Of a stretch of 64,000 nucleotides of DNA, positions 31,256-41,470 are shown one piece after another. The stretch's first letter is position 1. Each line of letters begins with the position of its first letter. This stretch comes from an uncultured Chthonomonadaceae bacterium (GTDB lineage: Bacteria > Armatimonadota > Chthonomonadetes > Chthonomonadales > Chthonomonadaceae): NCBI GenBank assembly GCA_963817895.1, contig CAWFQB010000006.1, forward strand, positions 288,001 to 352,000. The letters run 5' to 3'. Made by a program: the position numbers and the translations under genes. The notes under the pieces were generated by a model that saw only the letters and a program-made list of their open reading frames with translations, made no database searches and was not told the origin of the DNA.

Positions 31256-32715
31256 TAGATTCCTAATTTACTCCACATGGCATCAACCCGCGCTTTTACT
31301 TCGGGGGTCATGGTGATGACGTCGGGCCACTCGCGGTCGAAACCTTCGGCGGGCAGTTTGCGGGTGCAGTCGAAGCCGATTTTAGAGCCGAAACCGAGGG
31401 AACGGCTGGCGTGGTCGAGAACGTCAACCGGGCCGCGCACAAGCTGCATGTCGCGTTCGGGGTCAATGTTGTTGCCCAATCGCCATAAACACTCCTTTAC
31501 GTTCTGTACATCTACATCGGCATCAAACACAAAAATCATTTTCGTAAACATTGCCTGTCCCAATCCCCACAGGGCATGCATCACTTTGAAGGCGTGGCCG
31601 GGATAGCGCTTTTTAATGGAAATCAGAGCGATGTTGTGGAAAATTCCCTCGACGGGCAGGTTCATATCTACCACTTCCGGCAGGGTCAGGCGCAGCAGGG
31701 GCAGGAACAGTCGCTCTGTCGCTTTGCCTAACCAGCCGTCCTCCATCGGTGGGGGACCGACAATGGTGCAGGGATAAACCGGATTGCGCCTGTGCGTAAT
31801 CGCCGTGACATGAACAACCGGGTACATGTCGGCAAGGGAGTAGTAGCCCGTATGGTCGCCGAATGGCCCTTCCATGCGGCGCTCGGTCGGGTCAATCTGT
31901 CCTTCAATCACGAACTCGGCGTCTTCGGGAACTTCGAGGTCTACGGTTTTGGCTTTTACCAGATGCACGGGACTTTTACGCAGAAAGCCCGCGAACAGCA
32001 TCTCGTCAATACCGGGCGGCAGGGGCGCGGTTGCGGAATACGTAATCGCCGGATCGCCGCCAAGCACAATCGCCACGTCAATCTTCTGCTTTTTCGCCTC
32101 GTAACCCCGCGCGTGTTCCGCGCCAACTTTGTGCATTTGCCAGTGCATTCCGGTCGTGCGCTTGTCGAACACCTGAACGCGGTACATGCCGACGTTGCGC
32201 TTGCCGGTATTCGGGTCGTTGGTGAACACGAGGGGCAGGGTAATGTAGCGTCCGCCATCTTCAGGCCAGCAGTGCAGGATAGGAATTTTGTCCAGATCAA
32301 CATCGTCGCCAATCTGTACCACTTCCTGACACCTGCCGCTGCCTTTGTCGTGGCGGGGAGGCACTTTGAGCAGGGTTTGCAGTTTGGGCCAGAACTCGCG
32401 GGCGGCCCCAAGCAGGCCACCGGAAGGAACTTCCGGCTTCAGCAGGTCTTCAATCTCGCAGGCGATGTCTTCTATGTCGGGAACGCCAAGCGCCATGCTC
32501 ATGCGTTTGCGTGAACCGAACACATTGATAGCCAGCGGAAATTTTTTGCCGGTGGGATGCTCGAACAGCAGGGCGGGACCACCGTCCGGCATTTTCATCA
32601 CGCGATCCGCTACTTCGGTAATCTCCAGATAGGGATCAACGGGTACGCTGATGCGCTTGAGTTCGCCCTCGCGTTCCAGTTTATTCAAAAAATCCTGAAA
32701 GTCGGCGTAAGCCAT
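31255..32715 (-). CDS. ubiD: UbiD-family decarboxylase (menaquinone biosynthesis, MqnL-like)
   Basis: GPALLFE, WPEDGGRYIT, NVGMYR, EGPFGDHTGYY, GPPPMED. Confidence 0.95.
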   Translation of the reverse strand: MAYADFQDFLNKLEREGELKRISVPVDPYLEITEVADRVMKMPDGGPALLFEHPTGKKFPLAINVFGSRKRMSMALGVPDIEDIACEIEDLLKPEVPSGGLLGAAREFWPKLQTLLKVPPRHDKGSGRCQEVVQIGDDVDLDKIPILHCWPEDGGRYITLPLVFTNDPNTGKRNVGMYRVQVFDKRTTGMHWQMHKVGAEHARGYEAKKQKIDVAIVLGGDPAITYSATAPLPPGIDEMLFAGFLRKSPVHLVKAKTVDLEVPEDAEFVIEGQIDPTERRMEGPFGDHTGYYSLADMYPVVHVTAITHRRNPVYPCTIVGPPPMEDGWLGKATERLFLPLLRLTLPEVVDMNLPVEGIFHNIALISIKKRYPGHAFKVMHALWGLGQAMFTKMIFVFDADVDVQNVKECLWRLGNNIDPERDMQLVRGPVDVLDHASRSLGFGSKIGFDCTRKLPAEGFDREWPDVITMTPEVKARVDAMWSKLGI

Positions 32716-32749
32716 ATTGCCTGCTTCCTGCGACGAATACAAATATGAG

Positions 32750-32980
32750 TAGCCGCGAATGAACGCGAATATTTAGTAACTCTGATGAATGGTTAGTATG
32801 AGGTACACAGCGCAAATTCGCTCGATCCACAAACATTACTGTACAGTAATGAACTGCTTCTTGTTCAGAGTATACCTTTGCGCGCACAGGAAGTCAATGT
32901 AACTCAGGCACTTTGCGCAAAATTTCACAAACTTTTATATGGACTCCTCATTCGCGTTTATTCGCGTTCATTAGCGGCTA
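32750..32980. repeat. Inverted repeat of CGCGAATGAA-type units; another arm copy at 27951-27980
   Basis: TAGCCGCGAATGAACGCGAATA at 32750-32771 versus TATTCGCGTTCATTAGCGGCTA at 32959-32980. Confidence 0.85.
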
Positions 32981-32995
32981 ACTCTCCTCTGTATT

Positions 32996-33430
32996 TCAGG
33001 CAGAAGACGCGGTTTTTTTGCTGCGCGGGGCGCTTCTGCCGCTTCCGCCTTTAGAACCGTTGTTGTCGTACTGGCCGAGGAAGAGGATGCAGAAGAGGAA
33101 CGGGAGGGCGTGAACGATCAGGCCGATGGGATCGGCAATCGCGCCTTTGCCGAGCGCAAGGCCCACGCCATCCAACGTGAGAAGAAAGAGAATCTGCGCT
33201 CCGGCGAGAAAGCGGGGATTCCAGCCGGCCAGAACGCCAAAGGCAAGCATCACCTCCACGCAGCCGATGCCGCGCTGAAGGTTCAGGGGGGCGAACGAGG
33301 AACGCGCAAAAACCGCCGCCAGTACGCGCAGGTCGTCGTGGTTTTGATTATAGAGTTTCAGCCACAACCCCTCGTACAGCCACGTCATGGCGACAAGGAA
33401 ACGGGCAAACAGCGTCAGATTACGATTTAT
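32996..33430 (-). CDS. DoxX-like membrane protein
   Basis: WLYEGLWLKL, IGCVEV, DPIGLIV; multiple hydrophobic segments; RBS points to an ATA at 33430 (first ATG at 33388). Confidence 0.65.
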   Translation of the reverse strand: MNRNLTLFARFLVAMTWLYEGLWLKLYNQNHDDLRVLAAVFARSSFAPLNLQRGIGCVEVMLAFGVLAGWNPRFLAGAQILFLLTLDGVGLALGKGAIADPIGLIVHALPFLFCILFLGQYDNNGSKGGSGRSAPRSKKTASSA

Positions 33431-33529
33431 AGAGCCTCCGGATTCTCAGCGCGTTGCGGCTTGTTATGCAAACGATTATACCGCAATCACGCTGGAACCC
33501 GGCTGAACAGGCAATCATATCCGCGCGTT

Positions 33530-35095
33530 TTACGGTTCAGGCGCGTTCCACATATCCGGCTTGAGATAAAGAGTGCCTTTGAACGCGGGCGCGTCTCGTA
33601 GCGGAATTGTGAACTCGCCGCGAACAGGGTCCAGTGTTGCGGTAGGCCAGTCAGCATCAGTGGCTGGCTGCTCTTCAGAAAGCCAGTGGTACTGTAGAAT
33701 GTCCTTCGGCAATGGAATGTCAGCGCCCGGATTGGCCGTCGCCTGATCGTTCCATGCCTGTAAACTCGTGGAGTTGACCTGAACTTCCAGCGTTTCACTG
33801 TAGATCGGGCGCCCCGGATATTCGCGCGACCAGAGTAGAATTTGGTCAACCCGGTGTTCGGCAACGCGAAAGGACAGCAGGAAACGAAGCTGCCCAATTT
33901 CCGAAAGCAGGGAATTGAGGAAGGCAGTATGCAGTTCGAGTTTTTGGGTCACAGCGTCGGGTTTGCGGCGGATCGCGTTTTCACAGGGGTCTTCCCGGCG
34001 CTCATGGAGGAAAACGCCTGTATTGCGCACGGACAGTCGAAATTCAAAGGTATAAAAATCGTTCTTATCCAGCAAGTCCGCGCCGGGAATTGTAATATCA
34101 TCCAGTGAAATCACGACTTTGGTATCGCCGAACAGGAACCGCTGAATATTTTCGTAGCTTTCGTAGCTGTTGACAATGCCTCGTACTCCAGAATGGGCGC
34201 GATGCACATTCGCGGTATAGGCTCCCTCGATGGAAGCCTTTTCCTGTTTCACAAGCCCGTCACTATGATTGCCTGTGATCTTCTGAATCAGGGGATCATA
34301 AGAGTGGTAGTCGCTGCCGATCAGACAAAAGCAACGCTCCGGGGGAAAGTGGCCGTCAAGACTATTGACAGGCGCGTTATCGGACAGTTTCAGATATTCG
34401 CGAATCATATCCGGGTTGAAGCGACTCGTTTGGGCGGGGTTGAAGGTTGAGGTGACATAGTTCTCAAACCAATCCGGTATCAGGCCAAGATCAATGCCGC
34501 CGTTGGGCGACGCAATGGTGACGAGCCGATGTATAATGGATTTCGGATCCACGCCTTCAGCCGGCAAAATATTCTGTAGCAGAGTGCGGCAGACGAGACC
34601 ACCCATCGAATGTGCAATCAAGATAACCTTGAAGTTGGTCATGTCTATGCCCATATCCGTAAACGCCTGCCGCATGTCGGTGTTGATGAGTGTCCATAGA
34701 TCAGTAGCGTGTTTGTCAATGGAACGTACTTTCCCTTGCAGGAAGTCTGTGTCGTAAAAGCGGCTGATCCAGATGCTCCGCGTCGGATTGAGATTTCCGC
34801 GCCGAAATTTACTGCGCGTGGAGGCGAGACTCAGTCCGCCATGTGTAGCATCCACATAATCATATTCTTTGATGAAGCGAATCAACTGGCTCTCGAAAAG
34901 GTCCAGCGCGACACGGTCGGAAGGATCTTGATTGGGCGATTTCGGACGCGTCTCAACCGATGTTTCGGCGTAGCCGTAATAGAGGTCGTGGAAGTTGTCG
35001 TCGCGGGATTTGCCTGTTGGCGCAAACCCGCGCACATAGACGATGGGATAACAGGGAGATTCAAAAGTTGTTGTTGTTTCTGCAATTGCTGTCAT
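33530..35095 (-). CDS. Alpha/beta hydrolase (PGAP1/lipase-like)
   Basis: PIVYVRGF, IAHSMGGLVCR nucleophile elbow, TIASPNGG, SDGLV, RAHSG. Confidence 0.85.
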   Translation of the reverse strand: MTAIAETTTTFESPCYPIVYVRGFAPTGKSRDDNFHDLYYGYAETSVETRPKSPNQDPSDRVALDLFESQLIRFIKEYDYVDATHGGLSLASTRSKFRRGNLNPTRSIWISRFYDTDFLQGKVRSIDKHATDLWTLINTDMRQAFTDMGIDMTNFKVILIAHSMGGLVCRTLLQNILPAEGVDPKSIIHRLVTIASPNGGIDLGLIPDWFENYVTSTFNPAQTSRFNPDMIREYLKLSDNAPVNSLDGHFPPERCFCLIGSDYHSYDPLIQKITGNHSDGLVKQEKASIEGAYTANVHRAHSGVRGIVNSYESYENIQRFLFGDTKVVISLDDITIPGADLLDKNDFYTFEFRLSVRNTGVFLHERREDPCENAIRRKPDAVTQKLELHTAFLNSLLSEIGQLRFLLSFRVAEHRVDQILLWSREYPGRPIYSETLEVQVNSTSLQAWNDQATANPGADIPLPKDILQYHWLSEEQPATDADWPTATLDPVRGEFTIPLRDAPAFKGTLYLKPDMWNAPEP

Positions 35096-35113
35096 GGCGT
35101 ACAACCTCTTTTA

Positions 35114-35208
35114 GAGCCTATCCCGATAGGGTCATCTTCTCCCAAAGTTGGGAGAAGATGTATGTCCACAAGTGGACGCGCGGGTTGAGGGCCAATTGGG
35201 ATAGGCTC
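35114..35208. mobile_element. MITE with GAGCCTATCCC termini and a different interior
   Basis: TA|GAGCCTATCCCGAT...ATTGGGATAGGCTC|TA; interior CTTCTCCCAAAGTTGGGAGAAG hairpin. Confidence 0.7.
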
Positions 35209-35429
35209 TAAAACGGAAATATAGTCTAAGATTGCATTATATTCGGACGTTACAAACAAATAACCTTCTGCAATTTCAACATTTCCACTTTTGTATGGTT
35301 CTTTTTTTGAAATATTGTCGGCGCAATATTCGCGGTCAATACCGCGTAAACCAATAACGCCTTTGCTTTGAGACAACGAACGCGCATTTAATCGTATAGA
35401 TGGGCAAAACAACTAGAGGAGAGCAGGCG

Positions 35430-36386
35430 ATGGAGTATACGACACTGGGACGGACGGGGCTGCGGGTAAGCCGAATGGGATTGGGATGCGGCGGGCATAG
35501 CCGGTTGGGACTGGCGACCGGCAACACGGCAAGCGAAGCCGAAAACGTGGTTCGGGAAGCCCTGTCGCTCGGCATCAATTTCATAGATACAGCCGAGTCC
35601 TATGGAACCGAAGATGTGGTGGGACGCGCTCTGGCGGACGGGATGCGCGAACAGGCAGTGCTTTCCACCAAAGCGGGCGTTGGCTGGCAGGGGCGAAACG
35701 CGACCGGACCGGAAATGGTCAAGCGCGTCCATGCCAGTTTACAGCGGCTGCGGACGGACTATATTGATGTATTTCATCTGCACGGCGTAGCGCGGGAGGA
35801 GTATCTGTACGCCTCGCAGGAACTGCTGCCCACCCTGCAAGATTTACAGGCGGCGGGCAAAATTCGGCACATCGGCATCACGGAAGGATTTATTTCGGAT
35901 ACCAGGCATCGGATGCTGTCCCGCGCGCTGGAAGACGACTGCTGGGATGTGGTGATGGTGGGTTTCAATCTGCTGAATCAGTCCGCTCGTGAGCGGATAT
36001 TGACGGTGACGCAGGAGCAGAACATCGGTACACTATGCATGTTCGCCGTGCGCCGCGCTCTGAGCCAACCGGAAGCCCTGCGCGAACTCCTGCGCGGACT
36101 TGTCGCCGACAAACTGGTGAACGAATCAGAATTGGAGGGATTGGCAAACGAGGCGGTAAATCCGCTTGGGTTCGCGCTGAAAGAGGGTGGGGCGACGAGC
36201 ATCCCCGAAGCCGCGTATCTGTTTTGCCGGTGGGAACCGGGCATAGATGTCACCCTGTCGGGAACGGGGAGCGTGGAACATCTGCGCGAAAACGTTACGG
36301 CCCTGAACAGCCCGCCGCTTTCGCCCCAAATCACCGAACGCCTGAAGAAGATATTTGCCCATGTGGATACCGTGTCGGGAAACTAA
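35430..36386 (+). CDS. Aldo/keto reductase
   Basis: YTTLGRTGLRVSRMGLG, GINFIDTAESYG, SLQRLRTDYID, GKIRHIG. Confidence 0.93.
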   Translation: MEYTTLGRTGLRVSRMGLGCGGHSRLGLATGNTASEAENVVREALSLGINFIDTAESYGTEDVVGRALADGMREQAVLSTKAGVGWQGRNATGPEMVKRVHASLQRLRTDYIDVFHLHGVAREEYLYASQELLPTLQDLQAAGKIRHIGITEGFISDTRHRMLSRALEDDCWDVVMVGFNLLNQSARERILTVTQEQNIGTLCMFAVRRALSQPEALRELLRGLVADKLVNESELEGLANEAVNPLGFALKEGGATSIPEAAYLFCRWEPGIDVTLSGTGSVEHLRENVTALNSPPLSPQITERLKKIFAHVDTVSGN

Positions 36387-36387
36387 C

Positions 36388-37324
36388 ATGGACTCTGAGC
36401 GATTAGAATTAACGGAACAGTTCACCCACACTATCGAAGGCGTCTTCAAGGAGCGGGGAACTTTGTGGCTGCTAAATCTGCCTGCGTTGTTGGCGGATTG
36501 CGCGAAACATTGGACATTGACGATACTGCCGCCGTTTCCCAATTTGTCGTTTAATTATGTCGCGCCTGTAATGTGTTCGGATGGCTCGAAAGCGGTGTTG
36601 AAAGTGGGTGTTCCGCATAAGGAACTCTGGTCGGAGATGGAAGCCTTGCGGGTGTTCGGGGGCAGGGGCAGTGTCCGGTTGCTGGAAACGGATGGCGATA
36701 GGGGCGCGATGCTGTTGGAGCGTTTGAAGCCCGGAACGCCCCTGACAACGCTTGCCGATGAAGTCCATGATGCGCAGGCGACTTCAATTGCCGCAGATGT
36801 TATGCGCAAACTATGGCATCCGGTTCCTCCACAACACAATTTTCCTTCCGTTGCGGATTGGGCGCAGGGCATGAAAAGAATGAGGACGCATTTCGATGGC
36901 GGCGTTGGCCCGTTTCCTGTCGCGCTGGTAGAGGAAGCCGAAACCCTGTTTTTAGAACTGCTTGCGTCTTCCGCTTCGCCTGTGCTGCTGCATGGCGATT
37001 TGCACCACGATAACATTCTGGAAACTGAAAATGGAGATCTGGCTGGCGATTGATCCCAAAGGGCTGATTGGCGAACCCGCGTATGAGGTGGGCGCAATCC
37101 TGCGAAATCTATGGCCGTCTCGCCACGCGATCCACAATCCGCGGCAAATGCTGAAACGCCGGGTATATCAGCTTGCCGAAGAACTGGAATTGGAGATGGC
37201 GCGGGTACGCGGTTGGGGCGTGGCGCAGGCGGTATTGTCCGCGTGGTGGAGCGTAGAGGATGGGGATGACGGCTGGCAGGACACGATAACAGTGGCGCAA
37301 TGGCTTGCGGATATAAAAGCATAA
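36388..37324 (+). CDS. APH(6)/hydroxyurea phosphotransferase family kinase (frameshift near 37030)
   Basis: AVLKVG, AMLLERL, LLHGDLHHDNIL, WLAIDPKGLIGEPAYE. Confidence 0.88.
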
Positions 37325-37495
37325 GCGATTTGGAAGCAGGAAGGTAGAAGAGATTGTATAAAGTTTGGACTACGCTCATCCGAACATAAAACAACTAAAA
37401 ACTATCATAAATGCCTTTGCGACGCGCTTTCTGAAAACTGCATTCCTTGTGTTTGCGGCAGGCGCGGCCTTGCAGGTTGAAAATACAACAAAACT

Positions 37496-40067
37496 ATGCC
37501 AGCTATATCTGTTCCTGCACCCGACAACGAGACCAAGCGCATTGCCGCGCTTCTACAATATGCGGTACTGGATTCTCTGCCGGAACAGGCGTTCGACGAT
37601 CTCACCCAACTGGCGGCTGACATTTGCGGCGTACCGATAAGCCTTGTCAGTCTGGTAGATTTGCGCCGACAGTGGTTTAAGTCTTGTTTCGGTATAGACA
37701 TAAGCGAGACACCGCGCGAACTTGCTTTTTGCGCCCATACTATCCTGCAACGCGACATCCTGGAGGTTCCTAATACTTTAGAAGACCCGCGTTTCGCCGA
37801 CCACCCGTTCGTGATTGCCGGTCCGAATATTCGCTTCTATGCCGGAGCGCCGCTTGTGACCCCGGAAGGCTATGCACTGGGAACGCTGTGCGTGGTAGAC
37901 TGCTGTGCCGCGTCATCTTACGCCTTATCAACGCAACGCCATGCAAACCCTTGCGCGGCAGGTAATGGCGCAACTGGAACTACGGCGGCAACTTAACGAA
38001 GTACAGCAGGCGAACAACCGTTTTAGCGCGATTCAGGAGCGATACGCGCTGGCGATGCAAGGCTCACAGGATGGCTTGTGGGATTGGGACATTCGTACCG
38101 GGAACGTCTACTTTTCATCCCGATGGAAAAGCATGATCGGCTACGAGGAGCATGAGTTCCCCAACCATATAGACGCCTGGATGAACCACCTGCACCCGGA
38201 GGATAAAGATCGAGTAGACGCTAATCTTCAGGCTTATTTTGGACAGCCCGATTCCATTTACGAGGTGGAGTTCCGGCTGCGCTGCAAAGACAATTCCTAT
38301 CGCTGGGTGCTGGCAAGGGGCGCGGCCATGTGGGACAGCGAGGGGAAGACCGTACCGCATGGCAGGTTCCCACACGGATATAACCGCCCGACGCGAAGCC
38401 GAGCAGAAACTTTTGCAAAGCCGACATTTCATCCAGAGCGTTGCCGAAGCCTCCCCGAACATCTTGTATGTTTATGATCTTGTGGAGTGTTGCAATGTTT
38501 ATTCCAACCGGCAAGTCGGCGTAACTCTGGGTTATTCCCCGGAAGCCATTCAGCAAATGGGCGCAGGATTTTCTGCCGCGGTGGCACACCCGGAGGATTT
38601 ATCGCGTTTTGCCGCTTATTATGCCTCATTCGCCGTTGCTGAGGATGGCGGCATTATCGAAAACGAGTATCGTATGCGCCACGCGGACGGAACCTGGCGC
38701 TGGCTGCACAGCCGCGATACTGTTTTTAACCGCGCAAAAGACGGATCACCGAAGCAGATCATGGGAACGGCGCAGGATATAACCGCGCAGAAAACATATG
38801 AGCAGCAGATCGAAGCGCAAATCGCGCAGGTAAATGAAGCCAACGCGAAACTCCATGCGCTGGCGACAACGGACGGGCTGACCGGGCTGAAAAACCATCG
38901 CGCTTTTCAGGAGTGGCTGCATGTCGCTTTTGAGCAGCACCGGGAGCAAGATCGGCGCTGTCCCTGCTGCTTTTGGATGTGGATAAATTCAAGCAGTTCA
39001 ATGATACGTTCGGGCATCCCGCCGGGGATGGCGCGCTGAAACAGGTGGCGCAGATACTACAGTCACAGGCGCGTTTGTCCGGCGTGGATCGCTCCTCCGA
39101 CCTCGTGGCGCGTTACGGAGGAGAAGAGTTCGTGGTTGTTCTGCCTCAGACGGATGCGGCGGGCGCAAGAAAAGTGGCGGAACGGCTGCGCAGGGCGGTA
39201 GAAAAGGCTGACTGGAAGGAACGCGCGATTACCGTAAGCATTGGCATTGCCACGATTCAAGCGGCCACCGCCGACACCTCCGAACTGATTTCCGAAGCGG
39301 ATAAGGCGCTGTATGAAGCCAAACAGCAGGGCCGTAACTGCGCCCGCCATGCCGACGATTTCGAGGGGGATATGCTTTTCGGCGGACGCAACGCCACCCC
39401 GTATACCGATCTGATCCTGACGATTCTGGAATCGCAGCAGGGGACGCTTCTTTCCGGAACGGACAGCATCAAGGAGATGATGTGGCAATCGTATGACGCG
39501 ACGGTTCAGAGTTGGTCCCGGCTTCTGGACAGGCGCGACAAGGAGACGGAGGGGCATAGCGAGCGCGTGACGGATTTGGCTGTCCGGCTGGCGCAAAGCA
39601 TCGGCATGAATGAAGAGGAGCTGCTGTATATTAAATGGGGCGCGCGGCTGCACGACATTGGCAAGATGGGTGTGCCGGATCGTATTCTGCTCAAACCCGG
39701 CGCGCTGACCGAGGAGGAGTGGAGTATCATGCGAATGCATCCCGGCATTGCGCATGAAATCCTTTCGCCCATCACCTTTTTACGTCCCGCGCTCGATATT
39801 CCCTACTGCCATCACGAGAAATGGGACGGCACGGGTTATCCGCGGGGCTTGAAAGGGGACGAGATACCCCTCGCGGCCCGCTTATTTGCCGTAATTGATG
39901 TATACGACGCCTTACGTTCCGACCGTCCCTATCGCAAAGGCTGGCCGGAAACCAGAGTGCGCAAGTATTTGCAGGAGCAGGCCGGAACGCATTTTGACCC
40001 CAGAGCGGTTCGCGCCTTCCTGCGTATTCTGCGCAAGCCAAAACAATCGGTCAAAATAGCCGCATAA
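37496..40067 (+). CDS. GAF-PAS-PAS-GGDEF-HD-GYP signalling protein (3 frameshifts)
   Basis: GAF ([17 protein letters not shown]), PAS ([12 protein letters not shown]), DGLTGLKN...[14 protein letters not shown]...[11 protein letters not shown]. Confidence 0.9.
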
Positions 40068-40207
40068 CAACCCTCCCATAATTGTCCCCGGTTCGCAAAT
40101 TGAACAACCCGTATGTTGTCCGCTTGCTTTCATCCTCCTGAACTGCTATAATGAAGAGGGAAAACGAGAACGTATATTCTTGCTCTTCCCTGAAATGAGG
40201 AGCTTTT

Positions 40208-41458
40208 ATGGCGCGTTCGGTTCGGGTGATGCACTTTGCGGATACGCATTTTGGCGTGGAATTGTACGGGCGGCTGGACCCGGATACGGGTCTGAACTCG
40301 CGCCTGAAGGATTTCAAGCAGTCGCTGCTCAAGGCGATTGATCTTGCGCTGGAAGCCGATATTGATCTGGCCGTTTTTGCCGGGGATGCGTACAAAACCC
40401 GCGATCCGCGCCAGACGGATCAGCGCGAGTTTGCCGATTGTATCCGCCGCCTTACGACAAACAACATTCCCGTCGTGATGATCGCGGGCAACCATGATAT
40501 GCCCGCTGTGCGCGGACGCGCCAACGCGGTGGAGATTTACCATACGCTGGGCGTGGAAAACGTGCATGTGCTGCGCAAGCCGGAAAGCCTTCTGGTGCAT
40601 ACCCGCGCCGGACAGGTTCGCGTGGCCGCCATGCCCTACCTGATAAAAGGCTACTCCATCGCCCGTGACGAGTTTCTGAACAAGACGCTGGACGAAACCC
40701 GCCTGCTGCTGGAACAAAAGTACACGGATTATCTCGCGCTGCTTGCCGACGAGGTACGCGAAGCCAATGACGATATACCCACTATCCTGCTCGGACACTT
40801 TTGGGCCAATGGCGCGAAACTGTCTACGTGGCAGGAGGGCTATTTCACAATGGGCGAACCGAAAGTCGCCCTTGCCAGTCTGACCGACCCGGCTTTCGAT
40901 TACGTCGCATTGGGACACATCCACAAACATCAAGATTTGAATAAAAACGGCCAGCCGCATGTCGTGTATTCCGGCAGCCCGGATCGCATTGACTTCGGCG
41001 AAAAAGACGAGCGCAAGGGTTTTGTGCTGGTAGATTTATACAAAGGCGGCGCGGACTACAAATTTATTCCCGTTGACGAGGGGCGCGAACTGCTGGAAAT
41101 CGAAGTGGACGCGGAAGGGGACGACCCGACCGAAAAAATTGTCGCGGAAGTGAAGCGTCATTCGCTGCGCAACAACATCGTCAAACTGACCTACAAAATT
41201 GACCATTCCAAATTGCCGCAAATCCGCGAACGCGACATCCGCGACGCGCTGGCTCCCGCGTTCATGGTGGTGTCCATCAGCCGTAAAGTGCAGCGCCAGG
41301 ATCGGGAACGGGGCCGCGCCTTCACGGAAAGCATCAGCCCCCGCGAAGCCCTGAACCTGTATATTGACGGCAACGAAAAACTAAAACCCCGCAAAGAAGA
41401 CCTTCTCGCCTGCGCCGAACCCCTGTTCAAGGAGTTGGCGGAGGAGGAAGGGTACTGA
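40208..41458 (+). CDS. sbcD: SbcCD nuclease subunit D (Mre11-like)
   Basis: HFADTHFG, FAGD, AGNHD, DYVALGHIH, YSGSP. Confidence 0.93.
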   Translation: MARSVRVMHFADTHFGVELYGRLDPDTGLNSRLKDFKQSLLKAIDLALEADIDLAVFAGDAYKTRDPRQTDQREFADCIRRLTTNNIPVVMIAGNHDMPAVRGRANAVEIYHTLGVENVHVLRKPESLLVHTRAGQVRVAAMPYLIKGYSIARDEFLNKTLDETRLLLEQKYTDYLALLADEVREANDDIPTILLGHFWANGAKLSTWQEGYFTMGEPKVALASLTDPAFDYVALGHIHKHQDLNKNGQPHVVYSGSPDRIDFGEKDERKGFVLVDLYKGGADYKFIPVDEGRELLEIEVDAEGDDPTEKIVAEVKRHSLRNNIVKLTYKIDHSKLPQIRERDIRDALAPAFMVVSISRKVQRQDRERGRAFTESISPREALNLYIDGNEKLKPRKEDLLACAEPLFKELAEEEGY

Positions 41459-41470
41459 CTCCTTTTTACT

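Noticed and set aside
37325..37495. c-di-GMP riboswitch upstream of the GGDEF/HD-GYP gene
   Set aside because: No GEMM-I or GEMM-II consensus visible
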